Shown here: piece by piece, positions 29,615 to 43,036 of the stretch
How the letters are laid out: every line of letters starts with the position of its first letter
Position numbering within the stretch: the first letter of the stretch is position 1
Origin: Terriglobia bacterium
Lineage (GTDB): Bacteria > Acidobacteriota > Terriglobia > 20CM-2-55-15
Length of the DNA: 64,000 nt
Assembly (NCBI GenBank): GCA_965218585.1
Contig: CBDCLE010000001.1
Coordinates: forward strand, 64,001-128,000
Direction: 5' to 3'
The notes under the pieces: model-generated
The model's input: only the letters and a program-made list of their open reading frames with translations
What the model was told of the DNA's origin: nothing
Database searches by the model: none
Program-made: the position numbers and the translations under genes

Positions 29615-30328
29615 TCAGCCGCAGGTCGCTGCCGCGTCTTCGAGGTTTTCGAACAGACGCCCGGACCCTTCTCCCGCCAGGCTGTCGAGGCCGTGGCCCA
29701 TTCCTTCTTCCACTTCAAAACGCGTGGGGTAACCTCGCGACCGGAATGCTGCGGCCAGACGTTCCATCCCATTCGCCCATCCGGGATCGAATTCACCGAC
29801 GTGCAGGTAGATGCACATGCCGCTGAGCGCCTCCACACGCTCGGTTGTGGCCTCGTTCAGAAAGCCCGGGAATCCTGTGACCGAACAAAAATACTGGGGG
29901 TGCGAGGCCGCGATGTGGAATGCGCTCAGACCTCCGTTTGATCTTCCTGCAATGTGAAACTTATTGCCTTCGATGTTGTATTCCTGAAGCAGTCGTCTGG
30001 CGAAGGAAGGAAATATGAGCGCACCGGCCTGAAAGAAGAGTTGACCTCGGGGCGCTGCGGGACTGATCACGATGTAGCCCCGCCGTTCGGCTTCCCCGAC
30101 CCAGTGATTCTCCAGCGTTCGCCGGGTGATATCGCGGGTCTGGCCGCCGCCGCCGAAAGCGAGGACAGCGGGATATTCCGTCTCGGGGTCATATCCGTCG
30201 GGAAGGACGACGAAATATTCCACCCGCATTCCACCGAACGTGCCGACCCGTTCGACGACCTCTGCGTTAGCGTCTTCACCACCCAGAACAATTACAAGAA
30301 GCAGAGCTGTCAAGAGTCTTTCAGTCAT
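29615..30328 (-). CDS. exported alpha/beta hydrolase (esterase-like)
   Basis: Signal peptide; GRSNGG nucleophile elbow; GEFD and GMGH. Confidence 0.8.
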   Translation of the reverse strand: MTERLLTALLLVIVLGGEDANAEVVERVGTFGGMRVEYFVVLPDGYDPETEYPAVLAFGGGGQTRDITRRTLENHWVGEAERRGYIVISPAAPRGQLFFQAGALIFPSFARRLLQEYNIEGNKFHIAGRSNGGLSAFHIAASHPQYFCSVTGFPGFLNEATTERVEALSGMCIYLHVGEFDPGWANGMERLAAAFRSRGYPTRFEVEEGMGHGLDSLAGEGSGRLFENLEDAAATCG

Positions 30329-30419
30329 GTTGTTTACCAGGAGCTGTTTAGAATCGTTGATGAGTCGTTTTGGGGAGGATAACATGTCCTCATACGTCGG
30401 GCTCCAGCCTTATCAGTCA

Positions 30420-32344
<1,925 letters not shown>

Positions 32345-32375
32345 TTTGGAGCCCGCATCCGATTTTTCCTGACAC

Positions 32376-33033
32376 ATGCCATCCAACGGAATCCCGCCAC
32401 AATCCAGGGTCCGCGATATCTGGGACCGGCGGTACGTCCGGAAAGAGACCTTCGAACCCGATAGCTGGCTGAGACGCAGGGAGACGCTGCTTGGGAACAT
32501 CAAAGGAAGTCGGCCCTCGACGTGGGTTGTGGCGGTGGCTGGGACAGTCAGTTCTTGAGGAATTCGGAGTTTGATGTTGTCTCTCTGGATTTCTCGATCC
32601 GAGCGCTCAGACAAGCGAGGGAATCCGGCCTCAACCCGGGGCGGCTGGTTCAGGCGGATATAACCGAGGGGGTCCCCCTCCGGTCGCGCTCGTTTGGTTT
32701 GATCGTCGCGAACTTGGTCCTTCACTACTTCAGATGGGACACAACAATGAGGATCATGGACGAACTGGCTAGATGCCTGAAGACCGGTGGGAAGATCCTC
32801 GTCCGTGTGAATTCGACCGAAGATATCGAGTTTGGTGCAACAGGTAATCCCGAAATCGACCCGGGCCTCTACCTCGTCGCAGGCGTGGCCAAGCGTTTCT
32901 TTGACCGCGAGTCGGTGAGTCGCCTGTTCGATGACAAATGGAATGTTCTGGATGTCTGTGAAAGGACTTCCGAGAGAGGTTCGCGAACGAAACGGTTATG
33001 GGAAGTCTTGGCCGAACGGCGCATTTCCGAGGG
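32376..33033 (+). pseudogene. class I SAM-dependent methyltransferase; frameshift near 32510; IS256 inserted just before the stop
   Basis: LDVGCGGG, LDFS and ANLVLHYF motifs; native stop at 34422-34424 beyond the IS. Confidence 0.8.
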
Positions 33034-34412
33034 GAGGTCATTACAAAAGGTGTGTAAAAGTCATCAGGCGGCGGCCTTCGATTTCATCACGACTCTGATG
33101 CCGTCAGCGAATTGCTGACCATCATAGACCTCTTGTAAGAGTTCGGATCCTTTTAAGTGTCGCCAATTAAGTGTCGCCAAGCCTTCTCAGCGACACGTAG
33201 TAGCTTCCAGATCATTGCCGTTGCATTCTCGACACGCTTGAATCGGCGAGCGGCGTTGGTACGGAGGCGAACCATGTCGAAGGGCGATTCGACGATGTTG
33301 GTCGTTCTCAGATGCACCCAGTGTTGTTTCGGGAACTCATAGAAAGTAATCATCCGGTCCCAGTCCCGCAACAGCGTCTCACCCGCTTTGGGATAGTTCT
33401 TCTCATATCGGCGGACGAACTGATCCCGCTTTCGTTCGCAGGCCGCGCGGGAGTTCGCGAAGGCCATCCCATGAAGCAGCTGTCTGGCCGCGGGCTGCTC
33501 GGTCTTCGGCAGATGATCGACCACGTTGATCGACTTGTGGTTCCAGCAGCGTTGTTCCTGGCCCTGGGGCTGTTGCTCGGCCAGCGCGGACCAGATGCCC
33601 AGGTGACCGTCCGCGACAGTCAGCCGTCCCAGCTTCAGGCCCCGTCTCTGGAGATTGCGCAGAATGCGGCTCCAGGACTCCTTGCTTTCCCGCTGCCCGC
33701 TCTCACAGGCCAACAGCACTTTGCGCCCGTCTGACAAGGCTCCGATGATCACCAGCAATGCCGCTCGCTCTTTCGCGATCCCCGCTTTCACGTACAAGCC
33801 GTCTGCCCACTGGTACACGACCTCGAGGCCGGACAGGTCCTGCTGGACCCACTCGTCATACTCCAACTGCCAGGTCGATTTCAGTCGTTGGATCGATGCT
33901 CGCGACAACGGAGCGCCAGCGCCAAGCAGTCCGCGCATGGCCTGCTCGAAGTCCCCTGTGGCCAGACCGTGGAGGTAGAGATCGGGAAGTAGCTCGCCCA
34001 GCTGTTTCGATTTCCGTCGAAAATACGGCAGGATCTGACTCTCGAACCGCTCGGCGGTGTTTCGAACCCGAGGTCGTCGAACCTCCATCGTACCGTTCAT
34101 CATTGCGAAGCGTCGCGGCTTCCCGTGACCGTTCCGGTATCCTCGTCGATTCGGACTCCGCTCCAACTTTTCCCGACCCAGAAATTGAGTGACTTCGTCC
34201 TCGAGCAGCTCCTGTAGCCAGACTTGGACCCGGGATCGCGCCCAGTCCTCCAAACCTTCATACGCGTTCGTTGACGCCACTGATGCCGGTATGTTCTTCT
34301 TCTTCATGGGTGGTGTACCTTTCTCCCGATTGCTGCCGGGATTGCTTACGGTTTCGAATTCACCGAAAGCGTACACCGCCTTCTCTTTTTACACACCGAT
34401 TGGAACGACCTC
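33034..34412 (-). mobile_element. IS256 family element (type B), copy 1
   Basis: Ends GAGGTC / GACCTC; 8-bp TSD TCCGAGGG; transposase 33153-34376 cut short by a 14-bp tandem duplication. Confidence 0.93.
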
Positions 34413-34515
34413 TCCGAGGGTTGACCCAGCCCTAGGTTGACGCTTCAATTTGCTTACAACTTCAATCTGTAGTTAGATCACCGAGATTCTGCCGCCGCTG
34501 CCTAAGGAGTGCAAC

Positions 34516-34977
34516 ATGTCAGATGTTTCTGTTCCCGATCATCTCCCGGACTGGATAAAAGACCACCTCCGTCGATACCTTGAGAGCGATGGGGCCGACG
34601 GGTACTTCTGGGACTCTTCGGTTGCGGGTGGTCCCGGACCTCTTGCGACGCTTCTGTTGACGACTACGGGCCGGAAATCCGGGCAGCCCCGTATTCTTCC
34701 CTTACTCTTCGGGGAAGCTGATGGTAACTACGCGATCGTAGCGTCGAAGGGTGGAGCTCCGTCGCATCCGGGCTGGTATCTGAACCTTGCGGCCGAACCG
34801 GATGTCGAAGTACAGATCAAAGAGAAGCGGTTCCGGGCAAAGGCCCGGACGTCGACTGGAGAAGAGCGATCGAAGCTCTGGAACCAGATGGTTGGCATCT
34901 ATCCTCCGTATGCGGACTATCAGAAGAAGACCGATCGCGAGATTCCTGTCGTTGTTCTGGAGCCGGCCGAAGATTGA
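34516..34977 (+). CDS. deazaflavin (F420)-dependent nitroreductase family oxidoreductase
   Basis: LLLTTTGRKSG, ASKGG...HPGWYLNL and YQKKTDREIPVV motifs. Confidence 0.92.
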   Translation: MSDVSVPDHLPDWIKDHLRRYLESDGADGYFWDSSVAGGPGPLATLLLTTTGRKSGQPRILPLLFGEADGNYAIVASKGGAPSHPGWYLNLAAEPDVEVQIKEKRFRAKARTSTGEERSKLWNQMVGIYPPYADYQKKTDREIPVVVLEPAED

Positions 34978-35243
34978 GCTGTCGCCTCCGCTGGTCACCC
35001 ACTTCTTCTTCGTCCTCGCTTGGGGCTGAAAAACTCTGACCAGCCGCCATCTCCAATGAGTTGCGCCTTCGCATCCGATCGACTATCCTCAGACGTGTCC
35101 TGCCTTCTTTCAACTTCCGTCAGTTCTCGAGTACAGACGTCTACGCTACTTCGCTAGGCGACTGTTTCCCTGGTAGGCTAACTGAGACGGGACTCACTAG
35201 AGGTTGTTTCCTGTTCCCGCCTCTTTCAATGAGGTTCAAATAA

Positions 35244-36263
35244 ATGAAAATCCGAGTGTTTGATAACGACATCGAACTGCCGGACTTCGAACCGCCAAGG
35301 TTCAGATCCGGCCCGGTTCTGATGATCGTCGCGGTCATTTTCGGGCTGGCAATGCTCTGGGGGACGTTGTACCAGATCGCGCCGGAAGAGGCGGGCGTGG
35401 TGCTCCGTCTCGGGCGCTACGATCGGACGACGGATCCCGGTCTCCGCTTCAAGATCCCCCTTGTCGAACAAGTTCAGAAAGTGCCGGTCGAACGGCAGCT
35501 CAAGCAGGAGTTCGGCTTCCGGACCGTCACCGCTGGAGTTCAGAGTAATTTCACCACCGCGGGCCTGGACGATGAGTCGCTGATGTTGACCGGCGACCTG
35601 AACGTAGCCGTCGTGGAGTGGATCGTCCAGTATCGTGTGGCCGACGCCTACAACTACCTCTTCAAGGTACGGAATGTCGAAGACACATTCCGTGACATGA
35701 ACGAAGCCGTAATGCGAGAAGTCGTGGGTGATCGCACGGTGACCGAGGTGCTCACGATTGGAAGGCAGGATATCGAGGTCACTGCGCAGATCAGGCTTCA
35801 GGAGCTGTGCGATCGGTATGAGAACGGGATCCGTATCGAGCAGGTTGTGCTGCAAGACGTCAACCCACCGGACCCGGTTAAGCCTTCCTGGGACGAAGTG
35901 AACCAGGCCCAGCAGCAACGAGACAGGCTGATCAACGAAGCGCTGACCGATTACAACAGCGTCATTCCCAGGGCCCGAGGCGAAGCCGAACAGGTGATTC
36001 TTCAGGCGGAAGGATACGCCGTGAACCGGGTCAATCGAGCAGAGGGCGACGCGGCCCGCTTTGTGTCCGTTTATGACGAGTATCGCCAGGCTCCTGACGT
36101 GACTCGCCAACGGATGTACCTGGAGACCATGTCGACGATGATGGCCCGCGTTCCGGGAAAGGTGATTCTGGATAGCAACGCGCAGGGCATCCTTCCGTTG
36201 CTCCCCCTCGATGGCATTGGCAACCGACTGACAGGCTCCGCTGCGGGCCAAGGAGGCAACTGA
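35244..36263 (+). CDS. hflK: FtsH modulator HflK
   Basis: SPFH domain; MLTGDLN, PRARGEA and TRQRMYLETM motifs. Confidence 0.92.
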   Translation: MKIRVFDNDIELPDFEPPRFRSGPVLMIVAVIFGLAMLWGTLYQIAPEEAGVVLRLGRYDRTTDPGLRFKIPLVEQVQKVPVERQLKQEFGFRTVTAGVQSNFTTAGLDDESLMLTGDLNVAVVEWIVQYRVADAYNYLFKVRNVEDTFRDMNEAVMREVVGDRTVTEVLTIGRQDIEVTAQIRLQELCDRYENGIRIEQVVLQDVNPPDPVKPSWDEVNQAQQQRDRLINEALTDYNSVIPRARGEAEQVILQAEGYAVNRVNRAEGDAARFVSVYDEYRQAPDVTRQRMYLETMSTMMARVPGKVILDSNAQGILPLLPLDGIGNRLTGSAAGQGGN

Positions 36264-37201
36264 TGTTAGGCATGGCCAAAGTTCCACTTTTGATTTCGGC
36301 CGGTATTGTTGTACTGATTCTCCTGGTCAACGGACTCTACATTGTTGACGAAACCGAACAGGTGATCGTCACCCAATTCGGGCAACCCGTCGGTGACGCT
36401 GTCACGACGCCCGGACTGAAGGTCAAGATACCGTTGATCCAGGTGGCCAACTACTTCGACAAGCGCTTTCTGGAGTGGGACGGTGATCCGAATCAGGTGC
36501 CGACACGCGACAAACGGTTCGTCTGGGTGGATGCATATGCACGCTGGCGGATCAGTAACCCACTGACGTACCTGGAAAGACTCCGCGGGGATGAGAACAC
36601 GGCCCAGTCGCGTCTGGACGACATTCTGGATGGGGAAACCCGCAACGCTATTGCACGGAATGATCTGCTCCAGGTCGTTCGGACCGTGAACCGTCAACCC
36701 GACACCGTCGAAGGCGATCAGGAGGAAACCGGAGTCCTGGACCCGATCGAAACCGGGAGGTCCGACATCACGGCGGATATCCGGGAGACGGCTGCGCCAC
36801 GACTGGAGGAGCTGGGAATCGAACTCGTCGACTTTCAGCTCAAGCGGATCAACTATGTCGCAGAAGTGCAGCAGGATGTGTTCGCGCGAATGATCGCCGA
36901 ACGGCAGCGAATCGCGCAGCAGTACCGTTCAGAAGGTGAAGGAGAGGCGGCCCGCATCAGGGGCGAGAGGGAGCGCGACCTTCAGGCTATCCAGTCGGAA
37001 GCCTATCGGCAGGCCCAGGAAACTCAGGGCGTGGCCGACGGCGAAGCCACACGCATTTACGCTGATGCCTACACTCGCGACGGTTCTTTCTATGCGTTCA
37101 TGAAGAGCATGGAGACGTTCGAGACGGCGATCGATCCCAATACGCTTTTGGTTCTGACCACAGACGGGGAGTTGTTTCAGTATCTCAACGAACCTCAATA
37201 A
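36263..37201 (+). CDS. hflC: FtsH modulator HflC
   Basis: QVIVTQFG, PGLKVKIP, RMIAER...RSEGEGEA; coupled to hflK. Confidence 0.92.
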   Translation: MLGMAKVPLLISAGIVVLILLVNGLYIVDETEQVIVTQFGQPVGDAVTTPGLKVKIPLIQVANYFDKRFLEWDGDPNQVPTRDKRFVWVDAYARWRISNPLTYLERLRGDENTAQSRLDDILDGETRNAIARNDLLQVVRTVNRQPDTVEGDQEETGVLDPIETGRSDITADIRETAAPRLEELGIELVDFQLKRINYVAEVQQDVFARMIAERQRIAQQYRSEGEGEAARIRGERERDLQAIQSEAYRQAQETQGVADGEATRIYADAYTRDGSFYAFMKSMETFETAIDPNTLLVLTTDGELFQYLNEPQ

Positions 37202-37431
37202 CGGTCGGTAGGGGGTCGTATATAGATCAGCAATGGGCGAAGAGATCGATGTGACGGTAACGCCGGTTGTCGGGAGTTTAGACTTTGATTACGTCTAGTT
37301 CCCTGTGGCAGTACTCCGAGGAGATGTATGGGTTCGCTGCGTGCCGACCCGATGTCGAAGGGGTCTCACTCCTGAATCGGAGGGGGTGATACAATGACGT
37401 AAAACGTGTAACAACCTATTAGGAGGCAGAT

Positions 37432-38283
37432 ATGCTGAGACCAAGAGCTATTTGCGGCGGATTCGTCACTCTCCTTTTCGTTTTGGCAACGATTCCGGTT
37501 GCCGAGGGCCAGGAAGCATTGGTCGCTCCAGCGGAATGGACGGATGCCGAAAAGGAAAGTTTCCTTCAGAATGCTGAACTCCTCTCGATCGAAGACATCG
37601 GCATCGGATCCACTGACGCTCAACGCACGACCCTGAGCGACGGCAGCTTCACGCATGACGCTCAGATCCAGGCTGTCGATATATTTCGGCGCGGCATAAC
37701 GCAACTGGATGGCGCAGTCGAGGTCAATTTCAGGGACAGTTACAAGTTCAACATTGCAGGATACCGTCTGGACCGATTGCTCGGCCTCAACATGGTTCCG
37801 GTATCCGTAGAGCGAAGAGTGCGACGCGAACCAGCGGCTGTGACATGGTGGGTGGACGACGTTCAGATGATGGAGCTGGACCGTTTGAACAACGGGATCG
37901 AACCTCCCGATGTCGAGGCGTGGAACGATCAGATGAGCACGTGTCGGATTTTCACCGAGCTGATTTACAACACCGACGCCAACCTCGGAAACTTCCTGAT
38001 CACCAGCGACTGGCAACTCCACCTCATCGACTTCACGCGCGCATTCCGGCTGTTCGATAGCCTTCGAGAGCCCGAAAACGTCACGCCACGCATCGAACGA
38101 CACTTCTACGAAGGTCTTCAGGGGCTGGATAAGGAGCGCCTCGAGGAGGTTATGGAGGGACTGCTGGGCGGCAGCGAGATCGACGGCATTCTCTCTCGGC
38201 GGGATGTCATTCTGGAGATTCTGGACACGCACATCGCTGAGAAAGGCGAGGCCGCGGTCGTTTACGACGTGGCCGGGCAGTGA
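37432..38283 (+). CDS. exported atypical kinase-fold protein (PI3/4K-, Fam20-, HipA-like)
   Basis: AGGAGG RBS; signal peptide; IGIGST, AGYRLDRLLGLNMVP, NTDANLGN and LIDF motifs. Confidence 0.7.
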   Translation: MLRPRAICGGFVTLLFVLATIPVAEGQEALVAPAEWTDAEKESFLQNAELLSIEDIGIGSTDAQRTTLSDGSFTHDAQIQAVDIFRRGITQLDGAVEVNFRDSYKFNIAGYRLDRLLGLNMVPVSVERRVRREPAAVTWWVDDVQMMELDRLNNGIEPPDVEAWNDQMSTCRIFTELIYNTDANLGNFLITSDWQLHLIDFTRAFRLFDSLREPENVTPRIERHFYEGLQGLDKERLEEVMEGLLGGSEIDGILSRRDVILEILDTHIAEKGEAAVVYDVAGQ

Positions 38284-38304
38284 GGTGGTTTGACGGAGCC
38301 ACAC

Positions 38305-39579
38305 ATGCGCCGCGCTAAGCCGGGTCTCGAAATCGGAACGTTGCTTCTGGCGACCACCCTCACGCTGGTTCCGCTATCCCTGGTTTGGAGCCAGGACACC
38401 GACCGAATTCTTGTGATGGCTGACATCCACGGTGACTTTGCGGCGGCAACCGCCATGCTCGAGCGGACGGGCATCGTGGATGACGAACTCGGTTGGATGG
38501 GCAGCGACGCGACGTTCGTGCAAACGGGAGACTCTACCGATCGAGGGCCTGAAGTCCGGCGCGTGCTGGATCTTCTGATGTCGCTGGACCGGGACGCCCC
38601 TGACGACCAGGTGGTTGTCCTCCTGGGCAATCACGAGCATTCAAACATCATTGGGAACCTGGTCGACGTGACGGGGGCCGACTATGAGAGTTTTGCCGAT
38701 TCGGAGTCCGAGAGTCGCCGGCAGGAGGCTTTCCTGGAATTCGTCGATTACCAGGAGCGACGCGCTGAAAGGCTCGGGAGCGAGCCCATGGCCCCAACAG
38801 CAGAATCCGAGCAAGCCTGGATGGACGCACATCCTCTAGGTTTCATAGAACACCGGGAAGCGTTTGGTCCCGACGGCGAATATGGTCGGTGGCTTCGCGA
38901 CCGACCCACGGTGGCAAAGCTGGGCGAAACGCTATTCCTCCACGCAGGAATCTCTCCCGCGCTCGCCGAGCTTTCGATCGATGAGATCAATGCCCGAGTT
39001 CGTGACGAGATTCGTGCCTTCGATCAGTCTTTCCAGTATCTGGTCTCCAGGGGGATGGCACTGCCTTTTTTCACTCTTCAGGAACTACTCGAGGCAGCGC
39101 GCGAGGCGCTTGAGGTCCTGAACGGGACGACCGATCCGGAAAAACGCGATTCAGAAGAGCAACGCGACGTTCAAGTCATGGGGGGTCTGTTAAGTCTCGG
39201 AGGCTGGTTGACGATTCACCCTGAAGGCGTTCTCTGGTACAGGGGATACAACAACTGGTCCGACGAGGAGGGAGCAGTCCAGATCGAACAGTTGCTCGAA
39301 CGCTACGACGTCGAACACATCGTTGTCGGCCACACACCCCAGCTTCCGGCCCAGATTCGAGTCCGTTTCGGTGGAAGCCTCTACCTGGCAGATACGGGGA
39401 TGCTTTCGAGCTACTACCGGGGAGGGCGCGCCTCGATGTTGGAGATCCGGGGTGACGTCTTTCGTGCCATCTACCTGGATGAAGGTGCGCGGCTAATCGA
39501 GCCACCTCGAGTGGGCAGTGTACCTATCCCGTTTGGGCCAGCCGCTCGCTCTCCACTCACATCGATCCCGGCACCCTAA
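38305..39579 (+). CDS. exported calcineurin-like metallophosphoesterase (Shewanella-like PPP phosphatase)
   Basis: Signal peptide; DIHG, GDSTDRG, GNHE, HAG, VGHT and DTG motifs. Confidence 0.88.
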   Translation: MRRAKPGLEIGTLLLATTLTLVPLSLVWSQDTDRILVMADIHGDFAAATAMLERTGIVDDELGWMGSDATFVQTGDSTDRGPEVRRVLDLLMSLDRDAPDDQVVVLLGNHEHSNIIGNLVDVTGADYESFADSESESRRQEAFLEFVDYQERRAERLGSEPMAPTAESEQAWMDAHPLGFIEHREAFGPDGEYGRWLRDRPTVAKLGETLFLHAGISPALAELSIDEINARVRDEIRAFDQSFQYLVSRGMALPFFTLQELLEAAREALEVLNGTTDPEKRDSEEQRDVQVMGGLLSLGGWLTIHPEGVLWYRGYNNWSDEEGAVQIEQLLERYDVEHIVVGHTPQLPAQIRVRFGGSLYLADTGMLSSYYRGGRASMLEIRGDVFRAIYLDEGARLIEPPRVGSVPIPFGPAARSPLTSIPAP

Positions 39580-39588
39580 CCCCCATCC

Positions 39589-42342
39589 ATGTCCCACTGG
39601 ATCGAGCGTCTCCTGAATCTGCGGCGGGGAGAACTTCCTGGCGGACTCCTGTTCTTCGCGTACTACTTTCTGATCATATCGTCCTATGTCGTCGGCCAGG
39701 TCGCCCGTGACGCCCTGTTTCTCGATCGCTTCGCGGCCGATCAGTTGCCATACGTCGACGTGGCGATAGCTGCGACTGTAGGTCTGGTCGTGGCGGCCTA
39801 TATCCGGGCTGGGCGCTGGGTCAAACTGCGGGAGTTGCTGACGGGAGCGTTAGGCCTTTTCGCGGCCATGGCCCTGTTTTTCTGGTGGGGGGTTCGGACC
39901 GTTCAATGGGCCTGGCTGTTCCCGGCTCTCTATATCTGGATCGGAATCTTTGGTGTTCTGGCAATCGCTCAGGTCTGGACCCTGGCGAATTTCATGCTGA
40001 CAACTCGCGAAGCCAAAAGGGTGTTTGGACTTGTCGGCGCCGGCGGAATCCTGGGCGGCATCTTTGGGGGATTCCTCTCCGTTGGAATAGCGCGCAACCT
40101 CGGCACCGAGAGTCTCTTGCTTGTGGTCGCAACGTTCCCTGCAATCTGCATGATGCTCGTGAGGTGGATCTGGCGGCGAGAGGGCAAGGAGGCTGGCTTT
40201 GGAGTCGAGCACAAGGCAACAGGTCTGGAGAGTTCCTGGAGTCTTTCAGGGACTCTTCAAATCATCCGTTCTTCTGCCCAGCTGAAATCCATAGCAATGC
40301 TCATCTGCATCACCTCGATCGTTACCACCGCGGCGGGCTGGCAGTTCAAGGCGATTGCTAAGGAAACCATCATCGAAACCGACGCGCTGGCTGCATTTCT
40401 GGGTTCTTTTCAAGGCTAACGCGGGGATTCTGTCGCTCGTGGCACAACTCCTATTGACAACCAGGGTGCTGCAACGATTCGGTGTGGGTTCTGCTCTGTT
40501 TATCCTTCCTGTCGCTCTGGTTCTGGGTAGTGCGGGTGTTCTCGTCTTCGGGGGCGTAGCGGCCGTGGTTGCGTTCAAGGGGAGCGATAAGGTCTTGCGC
40601 TATTCGATCGACACCTCGGCACTTCAGCTGCTCTACCTGCCAGTGCCGACCGGTATCAAGGTCCAGGTCAAATCTTTCATCGATACAGTCGTCTTGCGCC
40701 TTGGTGACGGTCTGGCAGGAGTTACGTTGCTGGTCTTCGTGACATATCTTCAGTTCACTCCCCGACAAGTGGCCTGGATCAATCTCATTGGTCTCGTGGC
40801 CTGGCTTTTCGTTGCGAACCGTGCGCGGCGACAGTACCTTGCGACTCTCGGCGAACGCGTTCAGGAACACCGGATCGACATCGAGCGCACGTCGGTTCCG
40901 GTTCTTGATCGATCCACAACTTCTATTCTGGCCACCAAACTCGATTCCGGCGATTCCCAGGAGATCCTTTACGGACTCCGCCTGTTCGAGCTCGGCGATC
41001 ACCGCACCGCTCATCCTTCGATCCAGGGCCGCATACGGCACGATTCTCCGGAGGTCCGGGCCAAGGCCGTGGCGATTCTAAACACCACGGGCAACCTGGC
41101 GGTGAACGATGAGATCGAAGAACTGCTCAACGATGGTGATCTGGGTGTGCGCACGGAAGCTCTGTTGTACTTGACGCAGCATACCGACATCGACCCCCTG
41201 GCTCGGATCCGCGAGTTGGGAGACTTTCCGGATTTCACGATTCGGTCGGCGATCGTGGCTTTCCTGAGTCAACCTGGAAACGCCCAGAACCTGGCGGTCG
41301 CAGAACTCATGCTGGACATGATGTTGGACGAGACAGGGCCAGCTGGACGGCTTACCCGGCTGGAGGCTGGACGGCTGATTGGACTCCTACCCGATGCCTT
41401 CGAAAACCAGGTGTCGAGGCTTCTGGCAGATCCCGATCCGGAAATTGCCCGCTATGGAATATCCGCGGCCGGAAACCTCCGTCGGCCGAAGTTCGTCTCT
41501 GCATTGCTGGACCGGCTGGGCGATCCCAACAATGTTCAGGAAGCGGCAACCGCGCTTGGAAACTTCGGAGATCGGATCGTAGGTACGCTGGGCGACTACG
41601 TGAAAGATCCCGAAGTTTCTATTGCCGTTCGCCTTGAAATTCCAGCAGTGCTTGCCAAAATCGGCGCACCCGGCGTTCAGGAGTCATTGGCCGAGTGCCT
41701 TCTGGAGGGAAACACGACGCTTCGCCACCGGATCCTTTCAGCAATGAACAAGTACCAGCAATCGAACCCGCAGGTCAGCATCGATCCGCAATGGATCGAA
41801 ACAGTTCTGGCCGCCAAAATCCTGGGGCATTACCGTTCCTACCAGGCTCTGGACTTACTTGGCGGCGCGTTGGAGGGGAGCGACCCATCGCTGGCAGCGC
41901 TCACCGAATCCATGGGTCATGAACGGGAGCGGATTTTCCGTCTGCTGGCAATTTTTTTCCGGAACACGACATGCACGCGGCCTACCTGGCACTCGATTCG
42001 ACGAACTCTCGAATGCGCGACAACACGCTGGAGTTCCTCGACAACATGCTACGCCCTGAACTGCGCTCTCTGCTTATCCCGCTCGTCGACGATGGTGTAA
42101 CCGTCCAAGATCGGGTTCGACTCGCCAATGATGTCGTGGGCACGGGTGTGGAAACATCGGAGGAAGCTGTCGCGATGTTGATGCACACTGGCGATCCCTG
42201 GTTGAAATCATGTGCTGCCTACGCCATCGGTGCACTGGGGCTGAAGTCGCTCGAAAGCGAAATGGACACTTGGCAAGACGACCAGGATCCGCTCCTGGCG
42301 GAAGCCGTCCGACAGGCAAAACTGCGGCTGGCCAAGATCTAA
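39589..42342 (+). CDS. Npt1/Npt2 (TLC/NTT) nucleotide transporter-like MFS domain fused to HEAT repeats; frameshifts near 40410 and 41955
   Basis: RDALFL, QVWTLAN...REAKRVFG, LRYSID...LLYLP...KSFID and GDG motifs; about 500-aa HEAT-like C-terminus. Confidence 0.82.
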
Positions 42343-42354
42343 GGACGTACGCTT

Positions 42355-42747
42355 ATGGACCGGGAGAACTTTTCCAGTGGAACGCCATGGGAACACCTGG
42401 CCAGCTATTCGCGTGCGGTTCGAGTGGGCAATCAGGTCTGGGTATCGGGTACAACGGCAACCGACGAGAAGGGTGAGATCGTCGGGACTGGCGACGCCTA
42501 CGCTCAGACTATCCAGGCGCTGAAGAACATCGAATCTGGCCTGGGACAGGCTGGCGCGAGTCTCCGTGATGTGGTTCGCACGAGAATGTATGTCGTGAAT
42601 ATCAAGTCGGATTGGGAGAAGGTGGCCCAGGCTCACAAGGAAGTGTTCAGAGAGATCAGGCCGACAACAGCCATGGTCGAGGTTAGTGGTTTGATCGATC
42701 CGTCCATGCTCGTTGAGATCGAGGTGGACGCTGTCATTGTTGACTGA
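42355..42747 (+). CDS. RidA/YjgF family protein
   Basis: [14 protein letters not shown] and LVEIEVDA motifs. Confidence 0.9.
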   Translation: MDRENFSSGTPWEHLASYSRAVRVGNQVWVSGTTATDEKGEIVGTGDAYAQTIQALKNIESGLGQAGASLRDVVRTRMYVVNIKSDWEKVAQAHKEVFREIRPTTAMVEVSGLIDPSMLVEIEVDAVIVD

Positions 42748-43036
42748 AGGCGTGCGGTTAAGCCGGCTCTTCCCCCTGCGCTACGACCGCGGTCCAGGAG
42801 TGATCTCTGCAGGTGAAGCTGTCGGCTAAGACGAACGCAGCGAAGCTAACCCAAGGGGTGTGACGCTGCTCGCGTCTGCACGCGTCGCATGGGAGGAAAC
42901 CACCGCACATGGTGCAGACGAGCATATTACCCATACCGGCAGCAGCGGCGGCTGTGGGGCGAACAGGGGTTCATGCTTGGCTTAGAGAAGCTGTTCTGCA
43001 CCAAGGCAAAACAGGAGAAAATACAATGAAAACATC

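Noticed and set aside
42842-42990. Integron attC site
   Set aside because: No good RYYYAAC/GTTRRRY pair framing the hairpin and no integrase in the window
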